DNA from: Porticoccaceae bacterium
Lineage (GTDB): Bacteria; Pseudomonadota; Gammaproteobacteria; Pseudomonadales; Porticoccaceae
Assembly (NCBI GenBank): GCA_049890135.1
Contig: JBMHCB010000006.1
Coordinates: 47,607-111,606 of the forward strand
Reading direction: 5' to 3'
Length of the DNA: 64,000 bases
A program made the position numbers and the translations under genes. The notes under the pieces were generated by a model. That model saw only the letters and a list, made by a program, of their open reading frames with translations, was not told the DNA's origin and did not search any database. Below, piece by piece: positions 50,140-57,103 of this stretch. Position 1 is the first letter of the stretch; each line of letters opens with the position of its first letter.

Positions 50140-51102
50140 ATGAAATCACCATTTAAGCTTACGTTAGTAATTACGGTTACTGCTTTTTCTGCTGGTTGCA
50201 GTAAAAATATTGAGCCTATGGTGTGTTTATCCGATTTAGATGCCGCCGCTACACAAGATATTAATGGTGGTCAGTTTAGTTTTGGCGAAAATCGATATTA
50301 TGCCAATGAGAAACCGGTCCAATTAATTGAGGTTAAAGATTTTAATATTGATCGTGCAGAAGTGACTAATCGGGAGTTTCAAGCGTTTGTTGAAGCCACC
50401 GGTTATGTGACTGATGCAGAACGAGGTCTTTCTGAAAAAGAGTTTCCAAATGTACCAGCAGAATTTCGTGTTCCAGGTTCAATGGTGTTTGTTTCGCCAG
50501 ATTCCGAACAAAAAAATGCATCTGCTTGGTGGCAGTTTATAGCCGGTGCTAACTGGCGACATCCCTTAGGACCAAATAGCTCTATTGACGGCAAAGATGC
50601 TTTCCCTGTAGTTCAAGTGACCTATGATGATGCCTTAGCCTATGCCAATTGGATTGGACGAAGATTGCCCACTGAAGCGGAGTGGGAGTATGCATCCAGA
50701 GGTGGATTAGAGCGTGCATCATATTCATGGGGAGAAGAACCACCTCATCAAGGTATATCCAAAGCCAATACTTGGCAGGGAAATTTCCCTTTCAATAATA
50801 TGAAAGAAGATGGCTTTGTGGGTAGTTCGCCTGTTGGTTGTTTTCCTGCAAATGGATATGGTTTGTATGATATGACAGGAAATGTATGGGAATGGACTGA
50901 AACTGCCTATGGTCCCGATCATCAAAGAGATTATGGTCAGAAGGGCTATGACCCTCTACAACCAGGCATAGAAGTAAAAACCCTGAAAGGCGGGTCTTTT
51001 TTATGTTCAGATAACTACTGTCAGCGTTTCCGTCCTGCATCTAGGCAGGGACAGGATCTTACTGTTGCCACATCACATATAGGCTTTAGGACCGCAAAAT
51101 AG
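50140..51102 (+). CDS. Formylglycine-generating enzyme (SUMF1/FGE family), predicted lipoprotein
   Basis: 320 aa with the lipobox FSAGC, the motifs RLPTEAEWEYASRGG and GNVWEWT, and the catalytic Cys pair in GGSFLCSDNYCQRFRPASR. Confidence 0.9.
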   Translation: MKSPFKLTLVITVTAFSAGCSKNIEPMVCLSDLDAAATQDINGGQFSFGENRYYANEKPVQLIEVKDFNIDRAEVTNREFQAFVEATGYVTDAERGLSEKEFPNVPAEFRVPGSMVFVSPDSEQKNASAWWQFIAGANWRHPLGPNSSIDGKDAFPVVQVTYDDALAYANWIGRRLPTEAEWEYASRGGLERASYSWGEEPPHQGISKANTWQGNFPFNNMKEDGFVGSSPVGCFPANGYGLYDMTGNVWEWTETAYGPDHQRDYGQKGYDPLQPGIEVKTLKGGSFLCSDNYCQRFRPASRQGQDLTVATSHIGFRTAK

Positions 51103-51205
51103 CGATTATTAAATAGCTCCTATAAAATACTTATTAAAAAAAAGTACCCATATAAGCATGAGTTAGTTTTTAATTGGCTTAATAGTTATTACTATTTTGT
51201 TAGAC

Positions 51206-51240
51206 CAAAAAAATGGCCGCATTAGCGGCCATTTTTATTT
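51206..51240. terminator. Bidirectional rho-independent terminator between the FGE gene and the convergent repeat-protein gene
   Basis: ATGGCCGC (51213-51220), loop ATTA, GCGGCCAT (51225-51232), with an A7 run before and a T-run after. Confidence 0.7.
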
Positions 51241-51286
51241 TTAGTAGACTCTCTAAGCTTTGAAAATCTAAATAACAGTTTGTTGA

Positions 51287-53824
51287 TTAAGGCATAAGGC
51301 TAATGATATAAGCTTCAACATCTGCCGCTGATTGACGAGATGCTCCAGTCGCAACAGCTCCATCAATCAATGACGCGCCTCGCAAACCAAATAGATAACG
51401 TAACATCATCAAACCATCTGTCAAAGCATCAACATTATCACTACCATCGATATCAGCAAACGAAGTAGTAGAGTCGGCAACATTTGCTTCCACTTCTTCT
51501 AGCGTTAATGATGAGCCTGAGGCTATAGCGCCATCAGTCAGTGATGCACCACGTAAACCAAAGGTGTATCGAAGCAGTAGCAGGCCGTCGGTAAGTGCGT
51601 CAGCATTACCATCGTTATCAAAGTCCCAGCTACCCTCTGAAATTGGCATATTATATGCCTCAGGCGCAAATCCATGACTGGCAGCTGTGCTTACTGATGA
51701 GAAGCCAATAGTAGTACTCTCAACAGAAACCTCTTCAGCAGTATTGAAATTAATGGTTAACAAAGACTCTGGTAGTTGGCCCGGCCAGTCACCAAACAAT
51801 GCAGCCCAACTAGCAGATAAATACATGTCTGTAGATGAATCATTATCAGCATCATCAGTATCTTCAAATGGACCACTAGCATCAATATTATCAGCAGCGA
51901 ATACTTCTGCAAATTCTACAAAGGTTAACACTGAGCTATTGTAGTGAACTTTTAAACCAAGACCAGTAAGTGTTTCATCGTTATCTGAAGCGTTATAACT
52001 AACCGTTACAGAAGTAGCCTTTCCTGGCATTGCTGAAGGGTTACCAGATACCGATATCATTTGTTTTGGAAGTTCACCAACATTTGGATCCAACGGATCA
52101 CCATCAAGGCCATCTTCAACGCCATCACCATCATCGTCAGTGTCCGAATTATTACCTATACCATCATTATCAGTATCAACTGATTCAGCAGGGTCGTCTG
52201 GAAAGGCATCTTCATCATCAAAAAAACCATCATTATCAGAATCAATTCTCTCTGGTTCTGGATATATCTGTGTTTCATTGATAGAAAGTGCATCAAATCT
52301 TACATCAACACTGGATAGTTGAACTTTTACAGCTCTATCAAATGTTACAGCTGGAACTGTAATTGTATTATCACCAAGCACTAGGTCTTGAGCATTAGCA
52401 AAGAAATCACTGCCATTGGCTGTTGTTTTATAGACCCTATAGCTTGCACCGCCTTCAGGTAATTCTGTGACATTCATTGATAATGATTGCTCAGCTTGGC
52501 TAGAGGCACCATCATTTATAAGGGTTAAGTTAATAACTCTAGGCCAATCCGCATTGGTTGTTGGGGTGAATGCTGAGCTTTCGCCTGCCGTGATGCCAGC
52601 CTGAGGATCTTCCGGATCAGTAACCCCCGGATAGAGCTGGTCTCCATTGACAGATAAAACGTCAAATCTTATATCAGAACTAGAGAACTGAAGTTTAACG
52701 GCTCTATCAAAAGCCACACCGGCAACTGTAACAATATTATTGCCAAGTACTAATTCTTGAGCATCGCCAAAGAAATCATTGCCATTAGCAGTGGTTTTAT
52801 AAACTCTATAGGTCGCTCCGCCTTCTGGAAGCTCAGTGATATTGATTGATAATGTCTGAGCACCTTGACTAGAAGCCCCATCCGCTACAAGTGCCAAATC
52901 AATCACCTTAACCCAGGTTGCGTGATCTTTGTCATAAAATGCTGAACTATCGCCTAATGTGATGCCCGCTGCGGGTTCTTCTGGAGCAGGCGCTTCTGGG
53001 TAAAGCTGAGCTCCATTAACAGAGAGGGCGTCAAATCTTACATTAGCGCTAGACAGCTGAATTTTTACAGCTCTATCAAATGCAACAGCTGCAACGGTAA
53101 CAGTGTTATTACCCAGTACTAAGTCTTGTGCATTGGCAAAAAAATCACTGCCATTAGCTGTTGTTTTATAGACTCTATAACTCGCACCACCCACCGGCAA
53201 ATCTGTGACATTCATTGATAGTGTTTGCTCAGCTTGGCTTGAAGCACCCTCAGATATAAGTGTTAATGTAATAACTCTGGTCCAGCTTGGATTAGTTGTT
53301 GGACTAAATGCTGTGCTTTCGCCTGCGGTGATACCTGCTTGAGGATCGACTGGATCAGCCATTTCAGGGTAGAGTTGATCTCCATTAACTGAGAGGGTGT
53401 CAAAGCTTATATTGGGACTAGATAGTTGAATTTTAACGGCTCTATCAAAAGCGACCCCTGCAACAGTAATAATATTGTTGCCAAGAAATAATTCCTGAGC
53501 ATTGCCAAAGAAATCACTTCCGTTAGCTGTCGTTTTGTAAACCCTATAGTTTGCTCCGCCTTCTGGAAGCCCAGTAACATTGATTGATAATGTCTGAGCA
53601 CCTTGACTAGATGCGCCATCAGAGACACGTGCAAGCGTTATAACATTTGTCCATGATTCATTCGTGCTTGATGTAAATTCAGAGCTTTCGCCTACAGTAG
53701 TCGAAGCTATAGCAGAAGCAGTGAATGTTAAAAAGAAAACTGTCGCAAACAATACTTTGGCCGCAGCACCTATACGTTTAAGTAAGTTCGAAAAGAAACT
53801 TATATTAGAAGTTAGATGATACAT
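51287..53824 (-). CDS. Secreted mosaic protein: 4 x 123-aa modules, acidic DxDxDG Ca-binding linker, cohesin-like module, double dockerin-like C-terminus
   Basis: 845 aa with a signal peptide (...TFTASAIAST). YRVYKTTANG recurs at aa 93, 216, 339 and 462. The linker is DSDNDGFFDDEDAFPDDPAESVDTDNDGIGNNSDTDDDGDGVEDGLDGD. Two segments are DFDNDGNADALTDGLLLLRYTFGLRGASL and DIDGSDNVDALTDGLMMLRYLFGLRGASL. Confidence 0.8.
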   Translation of the reverse strand: MYHLTSNISFFSNLLKRIGAAAKVLFATVFFLTFTASAIASTTVGESSEFTSSTNESWTNVITLARVSDGASSQGAQTLSINVTGLPEGGANYRVYKTTANGSDFFGNAQELFLGNNIITVAGVAFDRAVKIQLSSPNISFDTLSVNGDQLYPEMADPVDPQAGITAGESTAFSPTTNPSWTRVITLTLISEGASSQAEQTLSMNVTDLPVGGASYRVYKTTANGSDFFANAQDLVLGNNTVTVAAVAFDRAVKIQLSSANVRFDALSVNGAQLYPEAPAPEEPAAGITLGDSSAFYDKDHATWVKVIDLALVADGASSQGAQTLSINITELPEGGATYRVYKTTANGNDFFGDAQELVLGNNIVTVAGVAFDRAVKLQFSSSDIRFDVLSVNGDQLYPGVTDPEDPQAGITAGESSAFTPTTNADWPRVINLTLINDGASSQAEQSLSMNVTELPEGGASYRVYKTTANGSDFFANAQDLVLGDNTITVPAVTFDRAVKVQLSSVDVRFDALSINETQIYPEPERIDSDNDGFFDDEDAFPDDPAESVDTDNDGIGNNSDTDDDGDGVEDGLDGDPLDPNVGELPKQMISVSGNPSAMPGKATSVTVSYNASDNDETLTGLGLKVHYNSSVLTFVEFAEVFAADNIDASGPFEDTDDADNDSSTDMYLSASWAALFGDWPGQLPESLLTINFNTAEEVSVESTTIGFSSVSTAASHGFAPEAYNMPISEGSWDFDNDGNADALTDGLLLLRYTFGLRGASLTDGAIASGSSLTLEEVEANVADSTTSFADIDGSDNVDALTDGLMMLRYLFGLRGASLIDGAVATGASRQSAADVEAYIISLMP
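52256..53692 (-). repeat. Intragenic tandem repeat, 369-nt period, about 3.9 copies, with A-B-A-B relatedness
   Basis: Protein landmarks are spaced exactly 123 aa apart. At DNA level, GCTCTATCAAAAGC... starts at 53439 and again at 52701, which is 738 nt or 2 x 369. Repeats 1/3 share SQGAQTLSIN and FFG-AQEL, while repeats 2/4 share SQAEQ-LSMN and FFANAQDL. Confidence 0.88.
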
Positions 53825-54033
53825 ATTATTTATTACCCCTTATTATTAGATTTATTCAGATCAGAATATCATAGCCCTGAGGAATGACAATAATGTCTTT
53901 TTTGTTAGATTACCCCTTTATTCACGTACATGCAACTGTTGTTTGTAGGGTGAGAAAAAAGTGTCAATATTGTGTCTCAAGCCTATCCCAGTTAATAAAA
54001 ATTATCTTGAGTAAGTGATTATACGAAAAATAG

Positions 54034-54063
54034 TTGTGATCAATAAATGATACGTTGTAACAT
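54034..54063 (+). promoter_or_regulatory. Candidate promoter with an overlapping Zur-box-like inverted repeat
   Basis: TTGTGA (54034-54039), 18-nt spacer, TAACAT (54058-54063). The inverted repeat ATGATAC-GTT-GTAACAT (54047-54063) has 6 of 7 arm positions complementary. It resembles the AT-rich AATGTTAT..ATAACATT Zur consensus recalled from gammaproteobacteria. Confidence 0.4.
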
Positions 54064-54113
54064 ATTTATTGGTAACCAACTATGCCCCTGTATTTCTTCA
54101 AAGGTTTATCCCT

Positions 54114-54365
54114 ATGACACAAAAACTTCCTGTTACAGTGATTTCTGGTTTTCTTGGCGCTGCCACCGAATGGTTACCCCATCATCTTGCTGATAGAAGT
54201 AAATTAGGCACTGTAAATAAAAGAAAACCCGACGAGTTTTCCGAGATTTTTGAAAGAAGTAATAATATAAGACAGTTGAGTGTTGGTGATTTTGCACTAC
54301 TCAAAGGCGAACTTTGGTATAAAAATGAGGGTGCAGGGCTTATTCATCGCTCTCCACAGCTATAA
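54114..54365 (+). pseudogene. Decayed N-terminal remnant of a COG0523 (CobW/ZigA-like) GTPase gene
   Basis: MTQKLPVTVISGFLGAATEWLPHHLADRSKLG matches the start of COG0523 proteins (LPVTVxxGFLGxGKTTLLxHxL), but the P-loop GxGKT is destroyed (GAATE). The frame ends after 83 aa, against 334 aa for the intact copy at 57104. Confidence 0.5.
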
Positions 54366-54438
54366 AGTAGTAATCGTCGCTTACTGTTAACCATTGATTT
54401 TATTGATGATTCATATAGCAATAGCTATGGAGAAAAAA

Positions 54439-55110
54439 ATGAAAAAACCTTTTGTTAATATTGTTTCTTTGGTAGTGGTTCTTATGGGAGTCGCACCTTC
54501 TATTTATGCAGAAAAAAATGAAACGAACCTCGATGCACATGTTCATGGACTATCTGAGTTAACAATTGCCTCAGAAGGTGAGGATCTCAAGATTCAACTT
54601 ACATCTCCCGCCATGAATATAGTGGGTTTTGAATATAAGGCCGTTAGCAAGAAAGATATCGAGGCTATTAAGAATGCTGAGTCAATTTTAAATCAGCCAG
54701 AGGTACTATTTTTGTTCTCTGATAATGGTTGTAAGCCTATTAATATTGATTTGGATATATCAGGTCTTGTTGAGGAGGATGATCACGGGCAGCATGATAA
54801 TAAACAGAATCATCACAAAGATCATGACGACCACGAAGATCATGATGATCATAAAGAACATGATGACCATAAAGATCACGAAAATGACAAACATGAGGAT
54901 CATCACAAGCATGATAAGCATGAAGATCACAGTGAAATAGTTGCTAACTACAGTTACCGCTGTATGGACATTGCCAAGCTGTCTTCAATACAAGTCTCTT
55001 TATTTGAAGCTTTCTCAGGCATTCATAAGATTCATACAATGTGGCTAACGCCTTCAAAGCAGGGCTCGGTGACGCTCACAGCAAAGAATCAGATGGTAGA
55101 GTTTAGATAA
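54439..55110 (+). CDS. Periplasmic His-rich metal-binding protein (DUF2796 / ZrgA-like)
   Basis: It has a signal peptide (LVVVLMGVAPSIYA) and an HVHG motif near the mature N-terminus. I counted 17 His by hand in a 49-residue H/D/K/E tract (aa 131-179 of the tracked ORF). I chose the start at ATG 54439, which has a GGAG upstream. Confidence 0.8.
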   Translation: MKKPFVNIVSLVVVLMGVAPSIYAEKNETNLDAHVHGLSELTIASEGEDLKIQLTSPAMNIVGFEYKAVSKKDIEAIKNAESILNQPEVLFLFSDNGCKPINIDLDISGLVEEDDHGQHDNKQNHHKDHDDHEDHDDHKEHDDHKDHENDKHEDHHKHDKHEDHSEIVANYSYRCMDIAKLSSIQVSLFEAFSGIHKIHTMWLTPSKQGSVTLTAKNQMVEFR

Positions 55111-55115
55111 TTAAT

Positions 55116-55583
55116 ATGAATAAACTCGAAGATATGATTCACCATGCAGAGCGGCAATGTAAAGCGCGTGGCGCGCGTTTAACTGTTAAGCGTAAACAGA
55201 TTTTAATGGGACTTATACAGTCCAATAAGGCGCTCTCAGCTTATGATTTAATTAAATATTGCAAAGATGAGTACGATGAAACCATTCCTGCAATGTCGGT
55301 CTATCGCATCTTGGAATTTCTACAAGATCAGCTTCTGGTACATAAGTTAAATCTCGCTAATAAATATGTTGCTTGTATGCATATCAGTTGCGACCACGAT
55401 CATGAAGTACCGCAATTTTTAATTTGTAGAAATTGTAGTAAGGTCAAAGAAGTCAGTATCAACCAATCAACTATTTTAGACATTAATGAAACAGTTAAGA
55501 ATGCAGGCTATGACCTCTATAAGCCCCAAGTGGAATTAAACTGCTTGTGTGAAACTTGTATTACCACTAACGCATCCACTTGA
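55116..55583 (+). CDS. zur: Zinc uptake regulator (Fur family)
   Basis: 155 aa with a winged-helix N-terminus (LSAYDLIKYC...MSVYRILEFL) and Cys/His metal sites (CDHDHE, CRNC, CLCETC). It lies 5 nt downstream of the ZrgA-like gene, in a zinc context. Confidence 0.85.
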   Translation: MNKLEDMIHHAERQCKARGARLTVKRKQILMGLIQSNKALSAYDLIKYCKDEYDETIPAMSVYRILEFLQDQLLVHKLNLANKYVACMHISCDHDHEVPQFLICRNCSKVKEVSINQSTILDINETVKNAGYDLYKPQVELNCLCETCITTNAST

Positions 55584-55802
55584 AGCATACCTGCTAACAA
55601 TGACTAATATTGAATACTATTGGTTTAAAGATGTACATAGTAAAATTACGCATGTCCATAGTGCAGTGTTTAATGTTTAAAAATAGACTTTGAACAAACA
55701 GATATAAACATTGAAATTAGGGGGTTTAACCAATGAATTTCTTTAACGATTCAATGCTTTATTATAAAATCCATCTTGTAACCACCAGATAAGGCATTAA
55801 AT

Positions 55803-56168
55803 ATGGAGCATAGTGTAATCACAGCATTATTTGACGAATGGAACAATGCGCTGCAAACGGGAGACCCTAAGCAAGTTGCCTCACTCTACGCAGCAGATGC
55901 CATACTTCTGCCAACTGTTTCTAATAAGGTTCGTCATAACCATGATGAAATAGAAGACTATTTCTTTCATTTTCTTGCCAAGGGCCCAAAGGGTAAAATT
56001 GATGAATCAAACATTCGTATCTTTGATGAAATAGCCATTAATTCAGGAGTATACACATTCACCTTTAAAGATGGCGTTTCGGTTCAGGCACGATTTACTT
56101 ATGTGTACCGATGGAATGGCCAAGGCTGGATAATTATTGAGCATCATTCATCGGCTATGCCTGAGTAA
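55803..56168 (+). CDS. SnoaL-like / DUF4440 (SgcJ/EcaC-type) small protein
   Basis: 121 aa with LYAADAILLPTVS...YF..FL...P.G.I and the C-terminal WIIIEHHSSAMP signature typical of this NTF2-like family. Confidence 0.72.
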   Translation: MEHSVITALFDEWNNALQTGDPKQVASLYAADAILLPTVSNKVRHNHDEIEDYFFHFLAKGPKGKIDESNIRIFDEIAINSGVYTFTFKDGVSVQARFTYVYRWNGQGWIIIEHHSSAMPE

Positions 56169-56214
56169 GCTTAATACTCACGCCTCCTAAATTAATAAGA
56201 TTACTAAACCCAAT

Positions 56215-57081
56215 ATGGCTCGATTATTTGTAGACAATTTGACCGTAATTGATTTTTCATATCTCGACAACATACGTGGTGTTGTCGGTGAATCTTGGAT
56301 TGTTGATATTGAATTGGCAGGGGACTTAGATGATCAAGGAATGGTGTTTGATTTTGGAAATGTTAAGAAACAAATCAAACAATTTATTGACGCAGAAATT
56401 GACCACCGTTTGTTGGTGCCAACAAAATCATCAGGGTGCAGTATCCTTGGCGATAATAACCAGTTAGCAGTTGAATTTCCGTTAAAAAATGATGGAATAA
56501 TTCGTCATCAATCACCAAAGGATGCTGTTTTATTAGTCGATGCTCAAGTGATTGATTCGAGCAGTATAGCTCAAGAGTTACAAGCGAAAATAAAGCTATT
56601 CCTGCCTGAAAATGTAACCGATGTGTTTATTAATCTGCGCTGTGAAGACATTATTGGTGCTTATTACCATTACACCCACGGACTTCAAAAACATTTAGGT
56701 CAATGCCAGCGAATAGCGCATGGTCATCGATCGCGAATTGAAATTAAAACCAATGGTAAGCGCAACTCGCAGCTTGAAGCCGAATGGGCAAACAGATTAA
56801 AGGATAGTTATATAGCCACTGAGGCTCACATTGATAATGAATTTCAAATTAATGGTATTGCTCATACAATTATGGAATACAGTGCTCAACAAGGCGATTT
56901 TTCTATAACGCTACCAAGTTCAAACATCTTTGTAATGCCGATAGAAAGTACTGTTGAAAATATTGCAATCTTCTTGGCAAATCTTATTTCAGAAAACAAC
57001 CAATTAGATATAGAAGTCAAAGCATACGAGGGGCTTAATAAAGGTGCTTTTGGTGCGGCGAATTTTCCATCTACTGGTTAA
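56215..57081 (+). CDS. Tandem T-fold 6-pyruvoyl-tetrahydropterin/6-carboxytetrahydropterin synthase-like protein (QueD/PTPS family)
   Basis: 288 aa. The N-terminal half has PTPS-like GMVFDFGNVKKQI...EIDHRLLVP but lacks the His triad. The C-terminal half keeps YHYTHGL...CQRIAHGHRSRIEIK (CxxxxHGH zinc/catalytic motif). Confidence 0.72.
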   Translation: MARLFVDNLTVIDFSYLDNIRGVVGESWIVDIELAGDLDDQGMVFDFGNVKKQIKQFIDAEIDHRLLVPTKSSGCSILGDNNQLAVEFPLKNDGIIRHQSPKDAVLLVDAQVIDSSSIAQELQAKIKLFLPENVTDVFINLRCEDIIGAYYHYTHGLQKHLGQCQRIAHGHRSRIEIKTNGKRNSQLEAEWANRLKDSYIATEAHIDNEFQINGIAHTIMEYSAQQGDFSITLPSSNIFVMPIESTVENIAIFLANLISENNQLDIEVKAYEGLNKGAFGAANFPSTG

Positions 57082-57103
57082 AGCCTAATATAGAGATAGT
57101 TCA

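Noticed and set aside
52030-52281. His-rich alternative-frame ORFs inside the acidic linker of the 845-aa protein. The 54725-54940 ORF inside the ZrgA-like His tract is the same kind.
   Set aside because: They arise from codon repetitiveness (GAT/GAC/CAT runs). The annotated frames carry signal peptides and domain motifs, and these frames do not.
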